From positions 8,665 to 72,664 of the forward strand of contig JBJFFR010000183.1 in NCBI GenBank assembly GCA_051891935.1: a DNA stretch of 64,000 nucleotides. Direction: 5' to 3'. This DNA comes from Oscillospiraceae bacterium. GTDB lineage: Bacteria > Bacillota > Clostridia > Oscillospirales > Ruminococcaceae. Shown here piece after piece: positions 15,378 to 24,889 of the stretch (position 1 is its first letter; each line of letters begins with the position of its first letter). Under the pieces are notes generated by a model that did no database searches, was not told the origin of the DNA, and worked only from the letters and a program-made list of their open reading frames with translations. A program made the position numbers and the translations under genes.

Positions 15378-17544
15378 TAAATTGTCTGTCCGCTTTTCTG
15401 TTCTTTTTGCTGCGTTTGCGCTTTACCTTAACTCGTTTTGCAGGTTTTGCTGCTGTTTGAACCGATACCTGCTGCGGCTCCTTGACTGCGGCGGCATTTT
15501 CCACGCTTTCTTCGATAAAGCTTGCCTGCGAATCAATAAGCTCTTCGCCCGTTTTCGGCTGCTTATATTTATACGAGCTGTCGGGGAGCATAACTCTTGC
15601 CTTGACGTTATCGGCAAGCATCGTATTGAAGATGTTGACGATCCTCTCACGGACGTGTTCATCGTAGATAGGTGCTGCGACTTCAACACGGCGGATAGTG
15701 TTTCTTGTCATAAAGTCGGCGGAGGATATATAGAGCTTCATATCCTTGCCCTTGCCGAACATATAGATACGGGCGTGTTCAAGGTAGCGGCCGACGATGC
15801 TCGTTACCTCGATATTATCGGTATAGCCCTCGACGCCTGCGACAAGGCAGCAGATACCTCTTATGACCATCTGAATTTTAACCCCGTTCATTGAAGCTTC
15901 TGCGAGCTTGTCGATAAGCACACGGTCGGTAACGGAGTTCAATTTCAGACCGATATAAGCTTCCTCGCCCTTTTTAGCCTTTGCGATCTCTCCGTCGATA
16001 AGCTCTATTATTTTGTTCTGGAGGCTCAAAGGTGCAACAAGAAGATGCTGCGTATCCTCAACAAGCGTTCCCATTGAGAGGGCGTTGAAAACTGCGCCTG
16101 CTTCGGCTGCGATATCCTTGTTTGCGGTCATAAGGCAGAGGTCGGTATAAAGTGCGGAGGTCTTTTCGTTGTAGTTGCCTGTACCGATCTGCGTGATGTA
16201 TTCCACGCCGTTTCCGTTCTTGCGTGTAATAAGGCAGAGCTTTGAATGTACCTTGAGGTTTTCGGGGCCGTAGATAACGTTGCAGCCTGCGTCTTCAAGC
16301 TGCTTCGACCAGCCAATGTTGTTTTCCTCGTCAAATCTTGCTCGGAGTTCAACGAGAACAAGCACGTTCTTTCCGTTTTCCGCAGCGTTCACAAGGGCTT
16401 CGACCACCTTTGAATCGGAAGCGACACGGTAGAGGGTTATCTTTATCGAAACGACATCGGGGTCAAATGCCGCTTCGTTCAGCATACGCAGGAAAGGACG
16501 GATGGATTCATACGGATAGTAGAGAAGAATGTCCTTTTTGAGCACCTGGTCAATAACGGGCAGCTCGTGGACGATCTCACGGGACCTCTGCGGAACGGCT
16601 CTGCGGAAGAAAAGCTCGGGGTCTGCGCTTTCAAGCTTGGCTCTTATCGGGAAGACGCAGGAAAGGTCGAGCGGTGATTTCTGGCGGAAGATCTTATCGG
16701 GTGTAAGCTCGAGATTGCTGCGCAGGAATGCGAGCGATTCCTCGTCAAGCTTTCGTGAAAGCTCCATTCTTACGGGAGAAAGCTTTTTTCGCTTCTGGAG
16801 AAGTGATGTCATGACTTCACGCAGGTCGACCTCGTGGTCGTAGAGCGCTTCTTCCATATTGATATCGGCATTTCTTGTAATTCTCATCAGAGATTTGCAT
16901 AATATCTTATAATTTTCAAAGACGATCGGCATATAATGAAGTATAAGCTCTTCGACAAGCATAAATCTCATCTTATTTGCGGTCGGGAGGAAGATGACAC
17001 GGGAGAATGAGCCGCTTGCCGCAATTATGCCGAGCTTCATCGACTGGGATTTTGATTCGAGATGCGCAACGGCATATATTTCCTTGTTTTTAAGGAACGG
17101 GAACGGGTGGCGCTTGTCGATTATCTGCGGAGAGATGAGCGGAAGTATCTCTTTTGTAAAATAAACACGCAGGAACTCCTCTTCCTCTTTGGAAAGAGCC
17201 TTGAAATCGACCTGCTCAACGCCGTAGCGGTCTTTAAGCTGCGACATTATATCACCGTATGCCTTGTCACGCATAAGCGCAAGCTCGGTGCAGCGCGCAA
17301 AGATAGCGGAAAGCTGCTCAGCGCAGGTCATATCCGTTTTGTTGTCACGTTCCTCATCGTCAACGAGGGTTCTGTCGTAAAGCGAGCCGACTCTTATCAT
17401 AAAGAATTCATCGAGGTTCGACTGGAAGATCGAAGCGAACAGCAGACGTTCGCCGAGAGGGACGCGTTCATCCATAGCTTCTTCAAGCACACGCTCATTG
17501 AATTTCAGCCAGGAAAGCTCTCTGTTGTCATAATAATTTTTCAT
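15361..17544 (-). CDS. ppk: Polyphosphate kinase 1
   Basis: MKNYYDNRELSWLKFNERVLEEA N-terminus and PLD-like C-terminal domains (HSKLCLI, EHARIYMF). Length 727 aa with a Lys/Arg-rich C-terminal tail. Confidence 0.95.
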   Translation of the reverse strand: MKNYYDNRELSWLKFNERVLEEAMDERVPLGERLLFASIFQSNLDEFFMIRVGSLYDRTLVDDEERDNKTDMTCAEQLSAIFARCTELALMRDKAYGDIMSQLKDRYGVEQVDFKALSKEEEEFLRVYFTKEILPLISPQIIDKRHPFPFLKNKEIYAVAHLESKSQSMKLGIIAASGSFSRVIFLPTANKMRFMLVEELILHYMPIVFENYKILCKSLMRITRNADINMEEALYDHEVDLREVMTSLLQKRKKLSPVRMELSRKLDEESLAFLRSNLELTPDKIFRQKSPLDLSCVFPIRAKLESADPELFFRRAVPQRSREIVHELPVIDQVLKKDILLYYPYESIRPFLRMLNEAAFDPDVVSIKITLYRVASDSKVVEALVNAAENGKNVLVLVELRARFDEENNIGWSKQLEDAGCNVIYGPENLKVHSKLCLITRKNGNGVEYITQIGTGNYNEKTSALYTDLCLMTANKDIAAEAGAVFNALSMGTLVEDTQHLLVAPLSLQNKIIELIDGEIAKAKKGEEAYIGLKLNSVTDRVLIDKLAEASMNGVKIQMVIRGICCLVAGVEGYTDNIEVTSIVGRYLEHARIYMFGKGKDMKLYISSADFMTRNTIRRVEVAAPIYDEHVRERIVNIFNTMLADNVKARVMLPDSSYKYKQPKTGEELIDSQASFIEESVENAAAVKEPQQVSVQTAAKPAKRVKVKRKRSKKNRKADRQFIMRNS

Positions 17545-17890
17545 GACGTTTTATCCTTTCAGATACAGGGCGTTTATCACGTTCACAAAACCCTGCATCA
17601 AATATTTCTTATACCTTAATTATATTATAGTACGGCGTTAAAGTCAAGAAAATTCTATTTTATACGATTAACAGCGGTGAAGAGCGAATGAGCGGCAGAC
17701 AGTAGCTTTAAAAAATCTGCCTTAAAATCGGAAATTTGACAAAATTTAATCTTAATCGACTATTGCATTTTTTATGTTTTTATGTTAATATAATCACAAC
17801 GGATAAAGAACCGATCCTATACGGTTCAAAAAAGCTTTTTCTTCCGTAAACACCAAATACATTTATTTAAGAGAAAGACAGGTGAGATCT

Positions 17891-18319
17891 ATGGTGATTT
17901 TCTGGATCATTGTCCTCGTTGCAGCGATACTTGCAGAAGCAGCTACGGCAGCGCTCGTTTCGATATGGTTTGCCGCAGGTGCAGTTGCAGCGCTGATCGC
18001 AGCCGCTCTCGGCGCATCGTGGATAATTCAGCTCGTGCTTTTCGTGGCATTCTCGGCGATACTGCTGATATTCACCCGTCCGCTTGTGAAGAAGCTTTTC
18101 CCGAAGAAATTCATTCCGACGAATTCCGACAGCTATGCAGGCAAGACTGCAGTCGTAGTTGAGGATATTGATTCGGAAAGAGGTCTTGGAAGAGTGAAAT
18201 TCAACGGCGTTGACTGGATCGCAGTTACCGAAGACGAAGAGCTTATCCCGAAAGACAGCGTTGTCCGCATCAAAGAAGTCAGAGGCGCAAAGCTGCTTGT
18301 CGAAAAAACCGACGCTTAA
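17891..18319 (+). CDS. NfeD-family membrane protein
   Basis: Hydrophobic N-terminal half plus a C-terminal OB-like domain (GKTAVVVEDI...GRVKFNGVDW...VRIKEVRGAKLLV). Upstream of an SPFH gene. ATG 17891 follows RBS aggtga. Confidence 0.8.
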   Translation: MVIFWIIVLVAAILAEAATAALVSIWFAAGAVAALIAAALGASWIIQLVLFVAFSAILLIFTRPLVKKLFPKKFIPTNSDSYAGKTAVVVEDIDSERGLGRVKFNGVDWIAVTEDEELIPKDSVVRIKEVRGAKLLVEKTDA

Positions 18320-18374
18320 TGCAGCTTGAACAAATCAACAAAAACAAAATCAAAAACAGAAAGAGGTAATAATT

Positions 18375-19361
18375 ATGCCGGGTTTAGCAACAGTTCTCAT
18401 TATTTTAGCTATCATCGTTATCCTTGTTCTCATAAGCGGTATCAAGTTCGTTCCGCAGGCACAGGTCTATATCGTTGAGCGTTTCGGCGCATTCAGCAAG
18501 ACGCTTGAAACAGGCCCTCACTACGTTGTTCCTATCATTGACAAGGTAGCAAAAAAGGTTTCCATCAAGGAGCAGGTCGCTGACTTCAAGCCGCAGCCGG
18601 TTATCACAAAGGATAACGTTACAATGCAGATCGATACGGTCGTATTCTTCCAGATCACAGACGCAAAGCTCTACACATACGGCGTTGAACGTCCTATGAG
18701 CGCTATCGAAAACCTCACGGCTACAACTCTCCGTAACATCATCGGTGAGATGGAGCTTGATGCAACGCTTTCTTCCCGTGACGTTATCAACACAAAGATC
18801 ACATCTCTGCTTGACGTTGCAACAGACCCCTGGGGCATCAAGGTAAACCGTGTTGAGCTCAAGAACATTCTTCCCCCGAGAGAGATCCAGGACGCAATGG
18901 AAAGACAGATGAAGGCAGAGCGTGAAAGACGTGAAAAGATACTCCAGGCCGAAGGTGAAAAGAAGTCACAGATCCTCGTTGCCGAAGGTGAAAAGGAATC
19001 CAAGATCCTCCGTGCAGAAGCTGACAAGCAGGCTGCTATCCTCAAGGCTGAAGCTGAAAAGCAGGCGCTTATCCTCCGTTCGGACGCTGTAAGACAGCAG
19101 AAGATACTTGAAGCACAGGGTGAAGCTGAATCTATCGAGCTCACGCAGAAGGCTCTCGCAGACAGCATCGTAAAGCTCAATGAAAGCAATCCGAGCGAAA
19201 GCGTTATCGCTATCAAGGGACTTGAAGCATTCGGCAAGGCTGCTGACGGCAAGGCTACAAAGATCATCATTCCTTCCGAGATACAGGGACTTGCAGGACT
19301 TGTTACCTCCGTTAAGGAGCTTGCAAGCAGCGCAGGAACAAACGATACGACACAGAAGTGA
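18375..19361 (+). CDS. SPFH/band 7 (stomatin-like) protein
   Basis: N-terminal TM, an SPFH core (VITKDNVTMQIDTVVFFQITD...) and a C-terminal coiled-coil rich in AEGEKxSxIL repeats. Confidence 0.9.
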   Translation: MPGLATVLIILAIIVILVLISGIKFVPQAQVYIVERFGAFSKTLETGPHYVVPIIDKVAKKVSIKEQVADFKPQPVITKDNVTMQIDTVVFFQITDAKLYTYGVERPMSAIENLTATTLRNIIGEMELDATLSSRDVINTKITSLLDVATDPWGIKVNRVELKNILPPREIQDAMERQMKAERERREKILQAEGEKKSQILVAEGEKESKILRAEADKQAAILKAEAEKQALILRSDAVRQQKILEAQGEAESIELTQKALADSIVKLNESNPSESVIAIKGLEAFGKAADGKATKIIIPSEIQGLAGLVTSVKELASSAGTNDTTQK

Positions 19362-19365
19362 AGTA

Positions 19366-19579
19366 TAATGCGTAATGCGTAATTCGTAATGCGTAATTAT
19401 TTGCTGCGCTGTTCATTTACGTTTTAATCTGTAGGGGACTGATGTCCTGAAAAATAAAAGTGCGGTCACGATTTGTAAGTACATTTCGTGACCGCACCTT
19501 TTTCTATGCACTTTAATCAGCGTATCTCTAACAGATAAGCGAAGCTAATTACGCATTAAGCATTACGAATTACGCATTA
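19366..19579 (+). mobile_element. 214-bp heptad-armed element (MITE-like), copy A
   Basis: Left arm TAATGCG TAATGCG TAATTCG TAATGCG TAATTA (19366-19399) and inverted right arm (19547-19579). Central hairpin gtgcggtcacga/tcgtgaccgcac (19460-19498) with flanking A- and T-runs. Homologous to 34986-35199 in reverse. Confidence 0.8.
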
Positions 19580-19590
19580 GATAAAGCGCG

Positions 19591-20184
19591 TTAGATAATC
19601 AGCGGTTGGAATTGTTTTCCGTCAAGTGCTGCAAGTATGGTATCGCCAAGCTCGTTGAAATCCGCTACGAGCGAACGTGGCTTTTTCTCGCTGTCGTCCT
19701 GACCGAGCGGCACAAAGTAGTAGCCTTTATAGTTCATCAATGCGCCGATGTTCTTTGCGCTGCCTGCAAGTCCGTCATTCGTTGCAGCGGCTATGACAAC
19801 GGGACGGGCATTGCGGATATGTGATTTTGCAGCCATTGTCACGGGTGTGTCCGTGATCGAATTCGCCAGCTTTGCTATGGTATTGCCCGTGCACGGACAA
19901 ATTGCAAGGACATCGAACATTTTCATAGGGCCTATCGGTTCGGCGTCCTCTATTGTAAGTATCAGCGGTTTTCCTGTGATCTCCGCAATCGTATTTCGGA
20001 AGCTTTCAGCCGTTCCGAAACGTGTATCGAGTGAAGCGGCATTGAACGACATTATCGCTGTAATGTCTGCGCCTGCCTCTTTCAGCCTTTTCAGCTGTTC
20101 TATCGAGCGTGAAAAGGTGCAGAAGCTTCCGCAGAGCGCATAGCCGATCTTCACACCGGCAAGACTTGTGTGTTTTTCAGACAA
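19591..20184 (-). CDS. dpaB: Dipicolinate synthase subunit B
   Basis: Flavoprotein-type N-terminus (KIGYALCGSFCTF). Length 197 aa. Overlaps dpaA. Confidence 0.85.
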   Translation of the reverse strand: MSEKHTSLAGVKIGYALCGSFCTFSRSIEQLKRLKEAGADITAIMSFNAASLDTRFGTAESFRNTIAEITGKPLILTIEDAEPIGPMKMFDVLAICPCTGNTIAKLANSITDTPVTMAAKSHIRNARPVVIAAATNDGLAGSAKNIGALMNYKGYYFVPLGQDDSEKKPRSLVADFNELGDTILAALDGKQFQPLII

Positions 20185-21058
20185 AATCTCCGCCCCTTTC
20201 CTCCAGTATGTTAAGTATCGTTTTTCCTATCGTTATCCCTGCGGTCGTCGGCGCAGCCTTGCCGGGGAGCGAAAGCAGCCAGAGAGTCCGCACACCTATT
20301 CTTGAAGCGCTTTCAAAGTCGATGCCGCCCGGCTTTGACGCAAGGTCTATCACAGGACAGTCCTTGTTTATCTTCAAAAGCAGCCTTTCGTCAAGAAGCG
20401 GCACGGGGACGGTGTTGAACACTATCGTTGCCCTTTCAAGCTCTTTATCGAGAGATGCGATATCGGCGGTTTTACAGCCGTATATCTCCGCCCAGGCACG
20501 GTCGGAATACTTCCTTGCGGCGGCTGTTATCTCGGCATTGAAGCCCTGCAGGAGCCTTATAAGAGCCTTTGCGATGCGCCCCATGCCGATGATAAGTATC
20601 TTCTGCCCCATTATCGTTCGGTCGGTTTCCTCCATAGCCGCCTGCAGAGCGCCTTCGGCTGTGGCTTCGGCATTCATGACAGCGAATTCCTCCCGTTCGG
20701 AATAATCTATAACGGTAAGGCCTCTTTTTTCAAGCCTTTCTCTCATCCCGTTCGGGAAACGTCCTCCGAAGACGATGCCGTTTTCGGCAACAGCGGCGGC
20801 GAGAGTTTCTATGGATAATTTGCTGTCCGAATAAGGGCAGTTCACGTTCTCGCCGTCCATGCTGACGGGAAGCGGAAGGACAAGCACGTCAGTCTTTTCG
20901 TTAAGGGAGATAAGGCTGCGGAAATTATGCACTCCGCTGCAGGTATTTATGCCGTTGTCAAAGCCTATCATATTTACAAAGCAGCCGTTTTCACGCAGAA
21001 ATCCCGCAAGCTTTACAAAGCGCATATCTCCGCCTGCTATAAGAAATCTTTTTTTCAT
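20177..21058 (-). CDS. dpaA: Dipicolinate synthase subunit A
   Basis: Start MKKRFLIAGGDMRF. Rossmann motif ILIIGMGRIAKAL. Adjacent to dpaB. Confidence 0.85.
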   Translation of the reverse strand: MKKRFLIAGGDMRFVKLAGFLRENGCFVNMIGFDNGINTCSGVHNFRSLISLNEKTDVLVLPLPVSMDGENVNCPYSDSKLSIETLAAAVAENGIVFGGRFPNGMRERLEKRGLTVIDYSEREEFAVMNAEATAEGALQAAMEETDRTIMGQKILIIGMGRIAKALIRLLQGFNAEITAAARKYSDRAWAEIYGCKTADIASLDKELERATIVFNTVPVPLLDERLLLKINKDCPVIDLASKPGGIDFESASRIGVRTLWLLSLPGKAAPTTAGITIGKTILNILEERGGDFV

Positions 21059-21188
21059 TTTAAGCGATCCTTTCTGTATTCCCAATAAATCAACTCTGCC
21101 TATGACCATAATATGAAATACCCCCGTCTGTTGTTACACAAACGGGGGTATTCTATATCCTGCGAAAAACGGGATAACAAGGGGGGAG

Positions 21189-23741
21189 TTATCTGCTTTC
21201 GCTGATATATGTGCTTGCACGGTTCTGGATGATGTCTGCAACTTCATCGACCGACTTCTGACCGCTGAAATATGCCTGAACTTCCTCGTCAATGATCTTG
21301 AGGAGATCGCTGTCATATTCGTAAACGGTATTTATCGACTTGATGAAGTCCATCATACGCTGATTGTCTTCATCGGTGTTCGGGGTGATAACGAACTGCT
21401 GTTCTCCGATCCAGACCTGTTCGTCATAGTATTCCTTTTCGCCCTTTTCGTTTTCCCAGTAAGGACGTTCCTTTGCCTTTTCGGCAAGCTTATCAAGGGC
21501 GGAGAGCTTTATCGGGAGTTCGCCCATATTTTCCTGTGCTTCATCGGTGAGAAGGGTTTTTATGAATTCCCATGCACCGTCGGGGTTCTTTGCCTTTGCC
21601 ATTATTGCAAGTGAAGTATTTATCTGGAACATTGAGCCGTTGCCGTTATCGGACGGAATTCCGATCATTGTTACGGGTTCGCCGAAGTAGCCTTCTTCAT
21701 CCTGCTTGAAGGTGCGGAAGCCGTAGATATATTCATCCTTGAGGATAGTTGAGCCGTCACGGTAAGCGGATTCACGCTTCATCCAATAGCTTTCATCCTG
21801 ATAGAGTGAATCGTAGTCGATCTCGGCAGGGAGTGTTTTTGCATATTCGAGTGCTTTCTTGAACGAATCGGTGTTGAAGGAGCATTCGCCTGTTTCGTAG
21901 TTTACATACTGACCGATGTTGTAGACGATCATTGAGGAAACGAAGTTTGTGCTTGTCATTTCGGTCTGCATTTCGCTGTTGGGATTAGCTTCCTTTACAG
22001 CAAGGAAATCGTCCATTGTCCAGCTTGTTTTGTCGCCGACGATGGATTTTTTTGCGGATTTTGTTACGATGCTGAACGAGGGAGCTATTCTGTAGAGCTT
22101 TCCGCCGACGCTGAACGCTTCAAGAACATTTTCAAGGTAATCGCCGCGGTTGAAGCTTTCGTCCTTTTCCATCATCGAACCGAGGTCTGCGATAAGTCCC
22201 TTTGAAACATAGCTGTTGAACGGGAGCGAGCTGTCACAGATAAGGATATCGGGTATCTTTCCGGCAACGAGGTCGTTGTTGATGCGCTTTATGCAGTCAT
22301 CGTAGTTTGACCAGTCATCGTCCATGTAGGAGGTAACTTCGATCTGGTATTTGTCGCTTGTCTTGTTAAATTGGCTGATCCTGCTCTTGATCTGGTAAGG
22401 AATGTAGGTGGTATAAACGGAGATAAGCTCCTTGTCGGGAATTTCCGAAGGGTCAAGCTTGGTGAGGACATAGATGACCATATCATCTTGGGAATAGGAA
22501 ATTCCGCCGCCCGAATAATCGTATGTATATGCTGAGTAGATGATCTTTCCGTCGGGGGAGAGGATAACGTTGCTGAGAGTAGTGGAATCGATGCCGGACT
22601 TTATCCAGTCGATAAGTGTCGTGCTCTCGTTGGTTTCGATGTCCAGACCGTAAAGTGCGGAATCGCCGTTATAAACGATATCATACTGACCGCCCGAATA
22701 GCTGCTGCCGTAAACGGAAGCGGAGATGGGGTATTCGGTATCACTGAACTTCTTTGCCGCAAAGTCAATGATCCTTGCTGTATTGTTCGATTCATAAACA
22801 TCGTCTTTGAAGGAATAGGAATTGATGAGAGCATAAACGCTTCCGTTCTTTCCGCGGACGATAGAATTTATAGACGAACCCGAATCCTGTGCTGTGTTTG
22901 CATCCAGAGCGACAGAGAACTGGAATTTGCCGTTTTTATCGGTAACAAGGATGTTGTTGTTTATAAGAACATAGCCGTTTCCGTCATTGTCCTCGGTATA
23001 GTTGCTGATATAGAAATAATCATCGGCGGAGTAATTTGCTTTAAGGTCGTCAAGCTCTGTTTTGCCTGCCGATGCAAGGCTCTTATCGAAGCGTTCAAGG
23101 TAGAAGGTTTCGCTCGATTCGCCTGTTTCGTTATTCCAGGAGCTTTTGCTTATAAGAAGCGAAAGCTTGTCGCCCGAAAAGAACATAGACTGAACGTTTG
23201 CGTATGTGTTTTCGCCGAGCTCGCTTGAATCAAAGAGAACCTTTTCGGCTGTCTTGTTTCCGTCAAAATCATAAACAGTAAGAATGGTCTGCGTTATGAA
23301 ATCATTGATAGGCTCCTCGGCAGGCATATCAACTGCAGTGTCGGTGGATTCGACTTCTGTGTCCTGATCGGCAGCAGCATCGCTGTCGGCTGATACTTCA
23401 TCTTCAACAGCGTCTGTATCAGTTGTTTCAACAGCGTCTACAGCAGTAGTTTCAACAGCCATGCCGTAGACTCTCGGTATGGCAACTGCTTCACCGCCGG
23501 AGTTTTCGCTGTTGCCCTCAACGGAGATGTTTTTGCTGCCGACAACATAGATACTGTCCGAATCGGCTGTCATTGCGCTGATATAATCAAGTCCCGAAAC
23601 GGGGATCTCCTTTGAGGAATAGAGGTTATCCTTTGAAGCTGTTTCGGGCTTGCTCGTTGTTTTTCCGCAGGCACAGAGCGAGAGCATCATTGCCGCTGCC
23701 AAGCCTGCGCAGAGTGCACGTTTAACTATTGTTTTTTTCAT
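21189..23741 (-). CDS. 850-aa lipoprotein: C-terminal ABC solute-binding (family 1-like) domain with a large N-terminal extension
   Basis: Signal peptide with a lipobox-like LCAC. Acidic low-complexity linker, then a repeat-rich N-terminal domain of about 350 aa. The C-terminal half resembles sugar-type SBPs. Last gene of the operon. Confidence 0.65.
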   Translation of the reverse strand: MKKTIVKRALCAGLAAAMMLSLCACGKTTSKPETASKDNLYSSKEIPVSGLDYISAMTADSDSIYVVGSKNISVEGNSENSGGEAVAIPRVYGMAVETTAVDAVETTDTDAVEDEVSADSDAAADQDTEVESTDTAVDMPAEEPINDFITQTILTVYDFDGNKTAEKVLFDSSELGENTYANVQSMFFSGDKLSLLISKSSWNNETGESSETFYLERFDKSLASAGKTELDDLKANYSADDYFYISNYTEDNDGNGYVLINNNILVTDKNGKFQFSVALDANTAQDSGSSINSIVRGKNGSVYALINSYSFKDDVYESNNTARIIDFAAKKFSDTEYPISASVYGSSYSGGQYDIVYNGDSALYGLDIETNESTTLIDWIKSGIDSTTLSNVILSPDGKIIYSAYTYDYSGGGISYSQDDMVIYVLTKLDPSEIPDKELISVYTTYIPYQIKSRISQFNKTSDKYQIEVTSYMDDDWSNYDDCIKRINNDLVAGKIPDILICDSSLPFNSYVSKGLIADLGSMMEKDESFNRGDYLENVLEAFSVGGKLYRIAPSFSIVTKSAKKSIVGDKTSWTMDDFLAVKEANPNSEMQTEMTSTNFVSSMIVYNIGQYVNYETGECSFNTDSFKKALEYAKTLPAEIDYDSLYQDESYWMKRESAYRDGSTILKDEYIYGFRTFKQDEEGYFGEPVTMIGIPSDNGNGSMFQINTSLAIMAKAKNPDGAWEFIKTLLTDEAQENMGELPIKLSALDKLAEKAKERPYWENEKGEKEYYDEQVWIGEQQFVITPNTDEDNQRMMDFIKSINTVYEYDSDLLKIIDEEVQAYFSGQKSVDEVADIIQNRASTYISESR

Positions 23742-23759
23742 AGATCCAAATTCCGCCTT

Positions 23760-24869
23760 TCATGTTTTTTGTCTTAAAGTTCTGTTTTTGAAGAATTGCG
23801 CTGCCGAAGAAGCTGCTTCACGGAGTTTCTCCGAAAGCTTATGTGTAATTGCCTTTCGCTTTGTAAAAAGCAGAACGGCAAAGTACAAAACTGTGATTAT
23901 CGGAGCACAGAGAAGGACTATCATTGCCGATATAAGATTTGAAGCCTTTCTCTCCGTTATCCTTGCGGCGTTTTCCCAGTAGGGGTAAACTATCGGTTTG
24001 TCGACAACAGCGCTTTTGCCGCCGTCAAACGCTGCCTTTGTCATATTAATTACGGAGAATCTACCTGTATTTACGATGAGCGTTCGGTTTTCCTCGGGGA
24101 CGTTAAGAATGTCCTTTATTACCGATTGCGCAAGACCCTTGACGGGACTTGGAAGCACTGCCTCATAGCAGGATATCTCGGGAGCGTTCTCCAAAATGAG
24201 CTTTATTCCCTCGTAGGAAATGAACATATAAGGTTTTCCGCTGACAAGATACTGCGAGGTCTTATCCTGTTCAAGCTTCACAACGCCCGAAACGGTGAAG
24301 ATCTTTCCGCCGATGCTCACAGCCATCCCTTCGACATTGCTCGAACCGAAAAGCTGCCAGGCGAGAGTGTCATCAATTACGACCCTGTCCTGCATAAGAT
24401 CATCGTCCGAATAATAGCAGCCCGAAAGCAGCTTAAAGGGGTGAAAACGGAAGAAATCTCCGCCTGTGACTATCGTATTCGCATCGACATTAGGCGCATA
24501 GCTGTCGCTCATTGTTGAAACGGTTATTTTCTGCTCGGCGCAGGAAAAGGCGTCAAAATACAGCCTTGCGCCCTCGTTTTCGGAGGTGAGAGAGTTTTCG
24601 GTCATCTTCTTGTCTATATCGACCCTCATACGGCGGATCTCGTTAAGGTCAAGACCCGAGCCGCCGCTGAAAAACACCGAGATCTGGTCATATTTTTCGC
24701 TGTCTTCACTTTTCCAGCTTTCCGCTGCGTTCTGTGACGGGAGCTTTTTCCCAAGTCCTGCGAAAGCGATGAAACATATTATGAATGCCGCGATACAGAC
24801 CGCATCAAGGGCGGCAAGAATTATATATAGGATCTTTTTTGTTGTGTTCGTTCCTGCTCCCTCCTTCAA
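23760..24869 (-). CDS. Two-TM membrane protein with MacB-like periplasmic core domain (no FtsX helices)
   Basis: N-terminal TM, then a MacB_PCD-like core (VTGGDFFRFHPFKLLSGCYY...VVIDDTLAWQLFGSSNVEGMAVSIGGKIFTVSGVV) and a single C-terminal TM. Confidence 0.5.
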   Translation of the reverse strand: MKEGAGTNTTKKILYIILAALDAVCIAAFIICFIAFAGLGKKLPSQNAAESWKSEDSEKYDQISVFFSGGSGLDLNEIRRMRVDIDKKMTENSLTSENEGARLYFDAFSCAEQKITVSTMSDSYAPNVDANTIVTGGDFFRFHPFKLLSGCYYSDDDLMQDRVVIDDTLAWQLFGSSNVEGMAVSIGGKIFTVSGVVKLEQDKTSQYLVSGKPYMFISYEGIKLILENAPEISCYEAVLPSPVKGLAQSVIKDILNVPEENRTLIVNTGRFSVINMTKAAFDGGKSAVVDKPIVYPYWENAARITERKASNLISAMIVLLCAPIITVLYFAVLLFTKRKAITHKLSEKLREAASSAAQFFKNRTLRQKT

Positions 24870-24889
24870 GAGATCATATCGTGCCGTTT

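Noticed and set aside
15167-15460. ORFs 15167-15361 (-) and 15188-15460 (+) spanning the island's right boundary
   Set aside because: They consist of terminator hairpin and heptad-arm sequence and overlap the ppk1 3' end. There are no translation signals.
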